In this document: piece by piece, positions 22,880-35,771 of the stretch
How positions within the stretch are numbered: the first letter of the stretch is position 1
How the letters are laid out: the number at the start of each line of letters is the position of its first letter
DNA from: Eledone cirrhosa
Lineage: Eukaryota
Assembly (NCBI GenBank): GCA_964016885.1
Contig: OZ024741.1
Location: forward strand, 191,828,001 to 191,892,000
Direction: 5' to 3'
DNA length: 64,000 nt
Notes under the pieces: model-generated
What the model saw: only the letters and a program-made list of their open reading frames with translations
Told to the model about the DNA's origin: nothing
The model's database searches: none
Translations under genes and position numbers: made by a program

Positions 22880-24580
22880 GTGCTTTCTTTATCAGAGACC
22901 GAGTTTCAAACAAATCATTTATGGTCGACACAGGATCTAGTTGCCTCTTCGGTTCAGCTCTTCCAAGCCAAATTTTTCCGGCATTTCCTTGTATGCAGTA
23001 AACCAGTCTCCTATAAAAACTTATGGACAAATATCTTTATCATTGGACCTAGCTTTGCGTCGAGATTTCAAATGGATTTTCGTCGTTGTGGACCTACCTC
23101 ATCCTATTCTCGGTGCTGATTTTTTACACCACTATTCACTGTTGGTAGATGTCAGGAGACAGAAACTTGTGGATGGTACCACATCCTTATCTACGCCAGC
23201 TCGTAGGTCTACTGCTACTGTCATAAGTCCCGCGTGTTTTATAGCTGCCTCTGGAAACCAGTTTCATTCACTTCTTGCCTCGTTTCCCGAGTTAACTGAC
23301 ATTTCATTTAAACCGAATCAAGTAGTCCACTCGATTCGACATTTTATTAAAACAACTGCTCCGCCTGTTTTCTCTCGTCCACGTAGGCTGGCTCCGGACA
23401 GGCTAAAGAAAGCCAGGGATGAGTTCGAACACATGCTTCAGCTTGGTCTTATACGACCGTCAACCAGCCCATGGGCATCTCCGCTTCATTTGGCTCGTAA
23501 GGGTGAAGTGGATTTTAGACCTGTGGGAGATTATAGACGACTTAATGCCATCACTACACCTGATCGTTATCCTTTACCAAATTTACAGGATTTTTCATCC
23601 GTTCTGCATGGATGCAAGATATTTTCTAAAATAGATCTAATACGTGCATACCATCAAATACCCATGCATCCAGAAGACATACCCAAAACAGCTGTTGTGA
23701 CCACCCCTTTTGGTTCGTTTGAATTTCTGTCCATGCCTTTTGGTTTGCAGAATGCCTCTAGTACGTTCCAACGTTTTATCGATGAAGTCACGTGTGGATT
23801 GGATTTCGTGTTTGCTTACGTAGATGATCTCCTGATAGCCAGTGATTCAGCTGAGCACCATCATCAACATCTATCCCAGTTATTTCAACGTCTCCGATCG
23901 TACCAAGTCAGAATCAACCCAGCTAAATGTGTGTTTGGTACAGATTCACTGGAATTCCTTGGACATCTTATAGATTCAGAAGGCATTCGACCTTTGCCAT
24001 CTAAGGTAGAAGCGATTCAGCATATCTCACCACCAACATCCTTGAAACAATTACGCCATTTCTTGGGATTAGTTAACTTTTATCGTTGTTTCATTCCTAA
24101 CTGTGCGGACAAGTTGTTCCCCTTGACACAGTTTTTAAAGGCTGCAAAAAAGAAAGATGCTCCTATTTCACTTTCTGCCGATGCCTTGCAGTCTTTTGAA
24201 TCCGTCAAGTCTGAGCTCGCTGAAGTTTCCTTCCTTGCCCATCCTGTTGCAAACGCGAGACTTTCCTTATCTGTTGATGCATCAGATCATGCTGCTGGTG
24301 CAGTTTTGCAACATGCGATCGACCACCAGGTTCAACCACTGGCGTTCTTCTCACGCCAACTAAAACCAGCAGAGCAACGTTGCAGTACTTTTGACAGAGA
24401 GCTTCTATCGATTTATCTTGCTGTGAGACATTTCCACCATCTTCTTGAAGGTATTCACGGTATTCACAGACCATAAACCACTCACATTCGCTCTTCAAAC
24501 CAAATCCGACAGGTACTCTCCGAGAGCGTATAGGCATCTGGATCTCATCTCCCAGTATACCAGTGACATTCGTCATATAG
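22880..24580 (+). pseudogene. Gypsy pol (protease-RT-RNase H), frameshifted and truncated
   Basis: [44 protein letters not shown] and FTDHKPL motifs. Confidence 0.92.
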
Positions 24581-24592
24581 CTGAAACTGCCA

Positions 24593-25214
24593 ACGAAGAT
24601 AATACGTCATATGTGGAGCGTAGAGAACAATTGCACGCAAAGACAAAACCACGTAAATGGTATAGCTGAAGTCGTAGACTAAATTCTAACTAGGAAACCG
24701 AATGAATCTCCGCTTCAGAGTTAAGAATAACAGAGTTAAGAATACTTTATTCTTAACTCTGAAGCGGAGATTCATTCGGTTTCCTAGTTAGAATTTAGTC
24801 TACGACTTCAGCTATACCATTTACGTGGTTTTGTCTTTGCGTGCAATTGTTCTCCACGCTCCACATATGACGTATTATCTTCGTATTTTCCGTTCATTGC
24901 CAGAGAACGTCTCTATGAACCACCTAAGAGAACATTAGTCTACGACTTCTTTTATACCATAAACGTGGTTCTGTCTTTGCGCGTAATTGTTTTTCACCGC
25001 TCCTATTAATAACGTATTATATTCGTTTTTTCCCGTTCTTTGCCAGCGAACGTTACCACGAACCAAAGTTTCGCCTTCCTGTCTTCCTCCGGTTGCAACG
25101 TTTTTTGAAATTTCCACTTCTGCGTTTACAGATTGACTTTGTTAGTTTCAGAAGATCCCGTTAAGAGTGAAAGCAGCGATTCTTTGCTTAAACTTTAATC
25201 TGTTATTTTAATAA

Positions 25215-25215
<1 letters not shown>
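24593..25215. mobile_element. Fold-back copy of the Naiad 3' UTR (homologous to 19645-19980), with a 138-bp hairpin
   Basis: Arms 24593-24730 and 24747-24884 differ by about one base; 24747-25215 is the reverse complement of ~19645-19980. Confidence 0.85.
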
Positions 25216-25254
<39 letters not shown>

Positions 25255-25257
25255 ATG

Positions 25258-25292
<35 letters not shown>

Positions 25293-25317
25293 ATGTATAT
25301 ATATATATATATATATG

Positions 25318-25351
<34 letters not shown>

Positions 25352-25358
<7 letters not shown>

Positions 25359-25692
25359 GTTTGAATATGTGTAATAAGGCCAAGACAATGCAGGTATGGA
25401 CATAGAAAAAAGAATGCAATAGTGAAAGATATTGATGTGAATTCGTCTTTCACCTTGAATTTATTTAAATGTCCTTAATTTTCGAGATAATATCTCTTCT
25501 AGAGATTTAAAGACGCTGGTTTGAGACATTTACTTCCCTCCGAAGAAGAGATATTATCTCGAAAATTAAGGACATTTAAATAAATTCAAGGTGAAAGACG
25601 AATTCACATCAATATCTTTCACTATTGCATTCTTTTTTCTATGTCCATACCTGCATTGTCTTGGCCTTATTACACATATTCAAACGTTTATA
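25352..25692. repeat. 149-bp perfect inverted repeat with a 43-nt spacer; hammerhead-like core at 25537-25571 (+)
   Basis: Arms 25352-25500 and 25544-25692. CCU-CCGAAGA-AGAGAU-AUU-AUCUC-GAAA-AUUA-AGG. Flanked by (TA)n. Confidence 0.85.
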
Positions 25693-25730
25693 CCTCATTA
25701 CACAATGCTTCAAGTGAACTATAACCTCCT

Positions 25731-26036
<306 letters not shown>

Positions 26037-26413
26037 CACCCCCTCCCCTTGTTTGAAGAGCTTTGTAACGCGAACTGGCGCGAAATTTATTATAATTATT
26101 GAACAACCAATCAAATTACTTCTCGAAAAACCTGGCATTTCGAGCCACTTTTTCCATATAAAACAACATTCAGAGACCAACCAGATGTGAGAAAAACCAC
26201 AGATTCTCTATCTCAACTCTACTTTTGAAAAGCAGAAGAACTGCGAAACCGGTAAAGGAACCAAATAAATATATATATATATATTTTTTTTAAATAAGAC
26301 TCCAGTTGCATTTTCGATTTTATCTTTTTTTCTTTATACTTTCACTCGTGTAGGACACCTAGGTTATTTTTCATTTTGTTAAAAAAAACCTCACTTTCTA
26401 ATATATATATACA

Positions 26414-28933
26414 CTATCAGAAGTATCCGGCGTTGCCCGGGTGTAAGTCGACCTTTGGTCTGTTAGAATGTGTGAAAGTTACTTCCCGCGCATCACAGGT
26501 TCAAAACTTCGAACTTCAATGAAAAAAAATAGGTTAGTAGACACAGGTGTGTAATTTATTAATTGTAGTTACACAGTGTATCGTTGAAATTGTTCTCTGC
26601 ACGACTGACGGAAGTCAAAATCGCTTGATATTGAATGTTCAGTTAATTTAAAGCAGGGTGAAAATGTCGATTATTTTCAGGGGTTTTTTTTTTTTTACAA
26701 TGTTTGCGCTCACATGTGCAGAAGAAGAATTAAAAGAGCCTTTATCTTAACCGCGGCATAATGGCGTGTCTTTTGTGACAGTTTTCAAGAATATAGGACG
26801 TTCCTGTAAAAAGTTTTCCCATGTGTAACTTTGCCTTGTTTTTTTGCGCAAAGTCGAGCCCCGCTTCAGTTTTATTGATTTTTTACATCAATGCGTGATC
26901 TCTGAAGTAGATTTGAGTAGCTAAAAACCTGTCCCGGTAAATTTGCTATAGGTGAAAAAAGTTCATCAAAATTGTATCTAGGGTTATTGCCCTTTGCCAC
27001 AGCCTCAAGCCACGTCTGACGGGATGTTGGTGATTCCTCCATCAGCGCTTGTTGGCGACGAAGGCGAACATCAGCAAGCCTTGTCGTACGTGATGTTGGT
27101 GACTCAACCAGCCGGGAAAGACGTCTATCAGCGAGTCGAGATTTGCGCTCAGCAGGTGTTTCCTAGAGAAAATTAATTAATTCTACTGGTTAGCTAAGCC
27201 AATGGCAGTGTCAATAGTAAATGAGAAAAGTCTAATATGAACAAAAGGGAATCAAGGTAAGACAATAAATTTAATATAACTACGATTAGAATGTTGTAGT
27301 TGCTTAAAAGTGGTGACAGTTAGGATAAACGCAGTACTTGCTAACATTAAGGGAGAATATTGCATAAAGGATTAATCAATTGTGAATGAACTCATACCTG
27401 AGAACGCCTAATTCGTTGTCTCAAAGCAGTAGCTGTACCTTTTTTGGAGGTAAGTCTTGAACGTTTCCGTGTGGGCATAACGACGTGTAACGAAGCTGTT
27501 AGGTTAGAGAGAGGTGATTAAATACAGAGAGAGATGACACCAGATTCGTTAGCATGGTTACTGGTGAATGGGAAGGTTTGGAAATATGATTACAATAACT
27601 TACCGAATTTTCCCGTCTATAAATTGCACTTAAAATAATTAAATTTAATAAAAAAACAGCTCTGCGCTTTATACTCCGGTGAGCCTTATGTATAAATAAT
27701 ACAATGGTAATCAATCACGGCTCTAACAGAAGTAATAGATCTAGACTAAAAGTAAAGAAGATAGCATTTTCCTGGTTGGCCTTACACGCCGTTGCGCGGA
27801 TTTAAATGATACGCCTTATATCCTGGTGAGCCTTATAGAGCGGAAAATATCTTTTGGAAAAGAATACGAATTCATGACCAAGGTGTGACAAAATAGGCGT
27901 CTATACAGCGCCTGAAACAAACTTGTCCAAAACCCTAGGATATTTCTCGTTAAATATCCACCCAAAAGGAACCGTTTTTTAGTTACAAAAAATAACCAAA
28001 GTGTATAGTAGCTATATTTCTGACATATCACGCCAAAAAGAACAATATATTCAAAAATGTTCTAAAGTACATTCAATCTCTCTTTTTGACCGATATCTTA
28101 ATAAGCAAGTTATCGATTTTTTATTGGCTGTCAGTGTCTATCTGCATGCAGGTGTGCACGTGTGCGCAATTAATTGCAAATACGCTCATAACATTTAGTT
28201 GTAAGCAGAACAAAAAATGCCATTAGAGGTGGGCTAATAATGAAGACACAAACCCTGGGGAACTTACGTTTAAACACCCGAAAAGTTACTCACTTCCTGT
28301 GCAAAAGACTGTATTATAAATTAAGTAATTTTTTAGAATCTTTTGTTTAAAAAAGGAAAACATTGGTACGGAAGTAACATTTTTTACAACTTTGTATGTG
28401 TCCAATACAACTTGGTCAACGTATTATTTAGTAATTATTTTTTTCAAAAAGCATGATTATTTAAGACTGTTTGAAAATTTACTCACAGCTTTTAGCATCA
28501 CAAAAGACACCATTAAATTTAGTTCCCTTTTCAGATAGGGATAATACTGTATTTCCACTTGAATAAGGTGGAATATGAAAAGATAAACTCTTTAATGGTC
28601 GGTCGTTTACTGAGACAGCTGGGAAGACATGCAGCTGGCCGTCCAATCAATAACGCACGTCCTTATATGGGCATATGAAATTTATTTTTTATTGCGCCAG
28701 ATGTAAACTAAGAGTTCTTGTGTTCGAATTCACATAAAATTTCATTGGAATCGAAAAACATTCTGTCATAGGGCCCGATTATCAGTTTTTCGAAAATTTC
28801 AAGTAGCCTATTCCACTCTGCGCGTTGAGTTTTATATATGTGTGAGGTTTCATGAAAATTGGATGAACGGTGTAGCATGCAAGTTGGGAACACCAAACAA
28901 TGTCCATCTTCCCTTTATATATATATATATAGA
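26414..28933 (-). mobile_element. Non-autonomous Helitron (~2.5 kb)
   Basis: Minus-strand 5' A|TCTATATATAT..AAAGGG; 3' hairpin ACCCGGGCAACGCCGGAT followed by ATAG|T. The hairpin resembles those at 19059 and 46655. Confidence 0.6.
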
Positions 28934-29080
28934 TATATATGTGTATATATATATATATATGTATACATATATATATGTATATATACATATATATATGTAT
29001 ATACACACACACATATATATATATATATATACATACATATACATACATATATATACATACATATACATACATATATATAC

Positions 29081-29155
<75 letters not shown>

Positions 29156-29291
29156 CAATATTAATAAATGGAAAGTATCTTTATAGTACCATATTTATTT
29201 TATTATACGTATTTCAAGGACACAAAATGTTAGTGTGCTTTCATCAGATAAAATATATTTGATATTGACATACCTAAGATATTGACATACC

Positions 29292-29652
29292 TTAGCGTAG
29301 ACTTAATAGTATAAGCTCGCTAACGGAAGTGAGGTAAAAATTCAAAATCACAAGGGATATAGGTTTATTGGTTTAATCTTCTCCGGAAGATACCGCTGAT
29401 AACCAACCACTAATTCAATAGGAAAGAAGATATAGATATCCGGGCATGCAAGATAGAGGTTATATGCTCTGTACATATAGTGTTCAGTTCCGAAGTAGTC
29501 GCAAGAGTATAGAGAGCTGCTCGTCAGAACGAGGCCGGCAGCGAATAAGAGAGTGAGAAACACAAGTCTCGTCTATTTATAATGCCTACGGGAAGTAACT
29601 CTAATTAATTCTCTTTTTTTACCCTAGGGGTCGCTACAATACTCTCCTCCAG
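29292..29652 (-). mobile_element. Probable 3' LTR with polypurine tract
   Basis: Minus strand: GGAGGAGAGTAT, then TGTAGCGACCCC..., TATAAATA, AATAAA, ending CTACGCTAA. Confidence 0.4.
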
Positions 29653-30596
29653 ACGAGAGGCGAATAACCTCAAGGTAATTGTAGCGACTCCGCAAGAAAT
29701 TCGGATCACGTCGGTATTGTACAAAGATGACAAATTTTGGAAATTGAAGAATTTTGTTGTACGGGAGCGTTCCTGATTTTGTTCCAAGAGATTGAATAAT
29801 TAGTGTTATTGTCTTTTAAAGACCAAATTAGTTGTGACAGTGAAGTTGAGAATTTCTTATCAGAGCGTTTAAAAGTATGTTTGTGATTATACCAGCTCTC
29901 CTTAAATTTTGATGAAGTGGCCCCTATATAATTATTCAGTTTATCTTTAGTTTTAATTGTGCATTTATATACTAAATTACTATCTAAGGAATTATTCTCT
30001 AGCGGGCAAGAAATATTATTCCTGCAATTACATTTTCTTATATTGTTATTTGAAGATGTAGTATTATTATTCAGGTATACGTTATTATATTGAAGGTGGA
30101 AAACTAGGAGAGGACAATTGCCCTGGTGGTCAGGGTCACCGTGGCTTTCTCCGCGATGGCCCTCGGAACTCTCCCCCCTATTGGGGAATTTTTCATTGTT
30201 CTTTTTTTATATTCTCTGCTTTTTTTGCTTTTTTTTACACGCAGAAATGCCCATTTGTACCGTCCTGTATTGTCCTGTACTGTCCTTAATGTCTACTTTG
30301 TGTAAACCCTTGTGGTTAATAAAGAAAGCATTATTATTATTGTTAATGTTATTAATTATATTATTATTATTATTATTATTTATGAAATAAACCCAAATAA
30401 CAATTGTTTGTATATATATATATACGCATGAAAAAACATACACATTAACATGTACATACATACGCATACACATACACACACACACAGACACACACACACA
30501 TATGCACATACACACATATATATATACATACATACACTTACATATAAATGTAAACATATACCCACACATATACACATATATATAGATCTATAAGGG

Positions 30597-30640
<44 letters not shown>

Positions 30641-30644
<4 letters not shown>

Positions 30645-31400
30645 ATACTTTGGGAGGGTCATGTTGCTAATAAGAAACACACGCACCAGTTGCTTTCACT
30701 CCAATTTATTATAAATTAAATTATAAATTTAAAAAAATTAATAAATTTCCGGTTGGTTGGTTGGTTCCACAACCGGATGGTTGTTCATATATTGTCAAAG
30801 TTCTATCGTAACACATTATGTGACCTCATCAGTGACCGGGGATTCTTTTCTTTGTTTTGTGCCTCTCCTTTGTTCTGTCCTACGCCATCTCGTTTTTGTG
30901 TGTGCTTAGTTTGCGCATGTTACATCCGTGTGTCTGTGTGTCTTTTTATTTGTTTATTTATTTGTTTATTTACATGTTACTAGTTGGTTGTTTGTTCTAT
31001 GTGTGTGTGTTTTCATTTTGTCCTTAATTATAAGTTGTGATGTTGCTATTCCCTTCATGTTTTCTATTTAATTTTGGTTGGAGTTCATTTATGTTTATTG
31101 CCTCTGTGATTGCGTCTTTTCTGAGTGTAGATTTTATTTCTATGTTCTCTAATTTACCCTTATGTTCTATTTTAGCATTTTGGTGGAGTACTGATGAGTC
31201 TTTTCTATCTTGAAGCTCCCTCCAGTGTTCATTTAATGGTTCTCCTATGCTACGAGCTGTCTCACCTATGTACATTATATTCTTATCTTTACATTGTCCC
31301 TCAGTATATTTTATGCTATATACTATGCTTCTAGTTTTTCAGTTAATATGGGGGATTAGTTTAGAGATTATGCATTTCTTATCTATACAGGGAGGTCTTT
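30641..31400 (-). mobile_element. 5'-truncated copy of the Penelope family at 9035-10915
   Basis: Reverse complement of ~10130-10915 including YIGETARS and the terminus; its 3' end abuts (TA)n as in the other copy. Confidence 0.9.
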
Positions 31401-31467
31401 ATATATAAATATATATACATGCTTACGCACAATTACATGCATACACATACACAAACGGATGTACACA

Positions 31468-31560
31468 TGTAGCGAAATCTGACCACACCTCGAGCCCTGG
31501 GTGACACCTAAGGTTCCTTTGCAACCACCATACTCGGGGCCCTACCAAGTACTCAAAAGG
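31468..31560 (+). mobile_element. LTR start related to the 6825-7533 LTR (right end not resolved)
   Basis: TGTAGCGAAATCTGACCACACCTCGAGCCCTGGGTGACACCTAAGG matches the reverse complement of 7487-7533. Confidence 0.55.
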
Positions 31561-32299
31561 ACACCCAAGCATTTCATTTTGGACATTAATGGAAGGAGGG
31601 ATGCTGTCAGTGTCGTCCGTTTAAAAAAAGCTCATGTGGATTTGGATAAACCCTAATCACCAGACCAAGTTAACCCAACATCAGAGCTCCTATCCACCGG
31701 CAATCCGAACTCTATGCCAACAACAAGCACTAGATCCGGTCAACGTGTGTACAGGCCATCTTCCTATTGCCAATATGTCAAGTAACATTCCTCATCTCAT
31801 CGATAATTTGTTCATTTTCATTTAATTGTTTACTGGTCTTATCTTATAAACAACATATAACAAAAAAATGTAACAGTTAAAATTTAAAGAAAAAAATCTA
31901 TATTTGGAGATTTAAAAACAATCAAGTTGTGATGGAGACTTTATGGACATGAAACAACAACTAGTGTGTGGAAGGAGAGAAACAGAGTTGAACTAGTATA
32001 AACATTCTTTTTTCTCCTAGGCCAACAACCTGTCTCGTATATGTGTGTCTATACACCCACGTGCTTGCTCTGACTGTGTGTATATATATGCGTATATATA
32101 TATATATATATGTGCCAAGCGTCTGTATAATGGTGAAATTATCCTGTCTTCCTCCACTCTTTTGTCTTATATATATATTTATTATTATTTTGTGTTTTAT
32201 TTAAAGTTCATTTTCGTTTTATTTCCAGGCTGAACAAGGAATGGTGCTTTGTTATGTATATATATATATATATTGTCTGCAGCAGCAGCATCAGTGAAA

Positions 32300-32756
32300 T
32301 GAACAACAACGGCAGCAGCAGCAACAACAACAGCAACAGCAACAACAACAACGACAAGAACAACTGCCACCACCATCACTGACACTATCCACCACCATCA
32401 CCATACTGACACCATCCACCACCTTCACCACCACCACCACCATCACTGGCACCATCCACCACCACCATCACCATCACTGACACCATCCCCCACCTTCACC
32501 ACCACCACTATCACCATCACTGTCACCATCCACCACCACCACCTTCACCATCACTGACACCATCCACCACCTTCACCACCACCACCACCATCACCATCAC
32601 TGACACCATCCACCACCACCACCACTGTCACCATCCACCACAACCACCATCACTGACACCAACCACCACCACCACCTTCACCATCCACCACCATCACCAC
32701 CACCATTCACCACCAACACCACCATCACTGGCACCATCCACCTCCACCATCACCAG
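32300..32756. repeat. (CAA/CAG)n then (CAC/CAT)n array with recurring unit CACCATCACTGACACCATCCACCAC
   Basis: Directly visible. Confidence 0.9.
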
Positions 32757-33375
32757 CGATCAGGCCTTAAAAACAACTATAATAATAATAATACTAAATA
32801 ACTATTCTGTTCTTGGCACAGGGAAGGGATTGTCCCAGCGATTTGCTGGTGCCTTGTTGTTTTGGGGGCCCGGAGAGTGGAGTGCCGTTGCTCTTTGCTG
32901 TAAAGCAAACAATTATTATTATTTTTTATATAAAAACTGAACTGGACTGGAAAAGTCAACAGTTGACATGATTTTGATTTTGTATCAGTACTGATGGTAA
33001 TATATATATATATATGTATGTGTTTGTGTGTGAATGGTGTGAGTGTTTGTATGCATGAATGTTGGTGTGTGAGTGATGTCTGTGTTTGTAGCTTGTATGC
33101 ATGAGTGTTGGTGTGTGAGTGAGTGTGTGTGTGTGTGTGTGTGCCGTGAGTGTCAATAAGTGGAGGTTTTTTTATGACCATGCTGTAAAATGGAGGAGTA
33201 AAGAGGACCCTTGAGTCTAGTAAGACATCATTTGTAGTGCTGGTGGCACAAATAAAAGCACCCAGTTCATGCTGTAAAGTGGCGCTGGTGTTAGGAAGAG
33301 CATCCAACCAGTGTATCAATGCCAAAACGATTTATCAGTACAGCAATAAGTAAGATAGGAAAACAAAATATGAAG

Positions 33376-34845
33376 ACGTTGCATCTCAGAGTTGCAATAC
33401 TTAATGTTGGCACTCTCAGAGGTAGACCTGCTGAAATAGCAGAGATGCTGGGGAGAAGGCATGTGGATGTGTGCTGTGTGCAAGAGGTGCCTCTGCGAGA
33501 CTAGTCGTAGGCAAAGATCTTAGCTATAAGCTTTTCTGGGTAGGTAAGGATGATGGGTTAGGGAGAGTAGGCATTTTCCTGGCTGAGAGATGGATCAATA
33601 AGACAATAGAGGTAGTTCGAGTTAGTGATCGAATAATTAAGCTTAGATTAGTTGTAGGCAGGAGACTACTGACAATCATCTCTGTCTATGTTCCACAAGC
33701 AGGCCTAGGCAAAGAAGAGAAAGACTGCTTTTACGAGCAACTTTTACAAACAACCGCAATGACAGAGGACGGCGACATCGCTATGCTAGCAGGGGACTTC
33801 AATGGTCATGTTGGACAGCTCCAGGATGGTTACACTGGGGTATATGGTGGGCACGGTTACGGCTCAAGAAATGAAGGAGTGAGACTTCTTGAATTTTGTG
33901 ATCAAGTACACTGACTATTTGCAACACTAACTTCCAGAAACCTGCCAACCACCTAATAACTTACAAATCTGGAGAGCTCATAAGCCAGATTGACTTCTTA
34001 CTAGGTAGGCAGAGGGACAGGAAGATAGTGTCTAATACCAAGGCATACCCTGGGGAAGAATGTACCCCACAGCATAGGTTAGTCGTTAGTGATATCTCAG
34101 TAAGCAAAAGATGGAATGAGACATACAGGAAGGTGTGGAGAAGAAAATTCTGGAAGCTAAAAGACCTTTCACTAAAATACAAATTTAGGAAAGCCCTTCA
34201 AGATGTGTATGACGAAAAAGAAGACGATTTAGAGACGTATGACATAGATAATAACTGGAATTTCTTACGTGTCAACTTACTCCAGGCTACTGATGAAACT
34301 TGTGGATGGAGCAGAGCTCAAACCAGACAGTGAGTGACCTGGTGGTGGAACAGCACAGTAGATAATGCCATTAGAGACAAAAGACTAGCATGGAAGGCTT
34401 GGAAAAAGGATGGGAGTAGGGAAGGATATACAGCCGCTAAGAGAGAAGCTAGACGTCAGGTGTATTTAGCACGCAGGGAGGCTGAGAGTAGGAGGTTTGC
34501 CAATGTTCTGCGATGGGAAGATCAGAGGCGTGCGGTGTTCCACATTGCAAGGCAGTGTGTCAATGAAAATCAGGATGTTGTTGGATATAAATGTGTCCGG
34601 AATGATGCCGGTGTACTTAGTGTCATGAATGATCAGAAAAAGGAGGCCTGGAAATGTCATTATGAGAGACTGATGAATGTGGAGAACGAATGGGAGAGAA
34701 AGAAATTACCCTCAGTAGATGCGGATATTGAGATTGACGAATATAGCGTCCAAGAGGCGATTAAGGAAATGAAAAATGGTAAGGCCGCTGGACTGTCGGG
34801 GATAGTTACTGAGATGTTGAAGGGATCAGGGGACGTAGGCACAAA
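33376..34845 (+). pseudogene. RTE-clade LINE 5' part (APE endonuclease and linker), decayed
   Basis: LNVGTL, CVQE, VSDRII.L, GDFNGHVG, QIDF, QHRLVV, TWWWN and MKNGKAAG..GI..EML motifs across several frames. Confidence 0.88.
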
Positions 34846-34894
34846 AGTTAAGATACAACATTGGCAGGTTATAAAATAATCTATGGGGTAGTTA

Positions 34895-35771
34895 GTTACC
34901 CTAACACTAACCCTTACCATAACACTTAACCGAACTCTAAGCCTCAACTTAACCATAACATTAACCCCTAAATCTAACCCTTACCCTCACCCTAAAGCCT
35001 ACCCCTACACTTACCCTTACCTTAACATTATTCCTTACCTAAACTTAATACTAACCCTTGCCAAAACACTAAACCTAACCATAACACTAATCCTAACAAC
35101 AACCCTTACCCTAACACTAAATCTAAACCTAACCCTATTCGTAAGATTAACTTTAACCTTAAACTTAACACTTATCCATAACCCTAACCCTAACCATAAC
35201 ATTCACTCTAAACCTAACCATAATACCAACTCTAACACTAAACCTGAGCCTTAATCCTAACTCTCAACCTAACTCTAACACCAAACCTTAACCCAAAATT
35301 TAGCCCTAAACCTATCCTAACATTAAACCCTTATCTTAGCCCTGACTTTCATTCTAAATCTAAACCTAAAGCTAAAACATTTTGTCTAACCCTAACATGC
35401 AACCTAAACTTAACCCTGAACCTAACTGTAAACCTTAATCCAAACACTAACCCCTACCTTAACACTAAACCTATCCCTTACCCTAACCCATACCATAATA
35501 CTAAACTGAACCCTAACCTTTACCTTAACACTAACCACAATCCTAAACCTAACACTCACCTGAACCATAAAACTCCGAACCTAAACCTATACTGACCCAA
35601 ACCCTAACCCCCCCCCCCCAATCACCAACAATTTACCACTAACCCTTCCCATTTATAGTTAACCGTAACCCCCTAATTCTAAACCTAACCCTCTAATACT
35701 AAACCTAAACGTAACCCTAGTCCTCTAATTCTAACTCTGACCATAACCCTAAACATAACCTTACCCCTAAC
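34895..35771. repeat. Degenerate telomere-like (CCCTAA)n hexamer array
   Basis: About 870 bp of ACCCTA, AACCTA and ACACTA variants. Confidence 0.85.

Larger units (their letters stand above)
21461..24580 (+). mobile_element. Gypsy LTR retrotransposon, 3'-truncated (no integrase or 3' LTR)
   Basis: 5' LTR 21461-21592 (TGTAGTGAG...CTCACTAAA), PBS TGGTGACCCCGA (tRNA-Trp complement) at 21595, then gag, PR, RT and RNase H. Confidence 0.92.

Noticed and set aside
26047-26258. Possible hammerhead TTGAAGA...GAAACCGGTA
   Set aside because: The core is mutated, stem I is offset and stem II is unsupported over ~190 nt.
30090-30330. GC-rich hairpin plus AATAAA as an ncRNA
   Set aside because: More likely a LINE 3' tail; no family could be assigned from the sequence alone.
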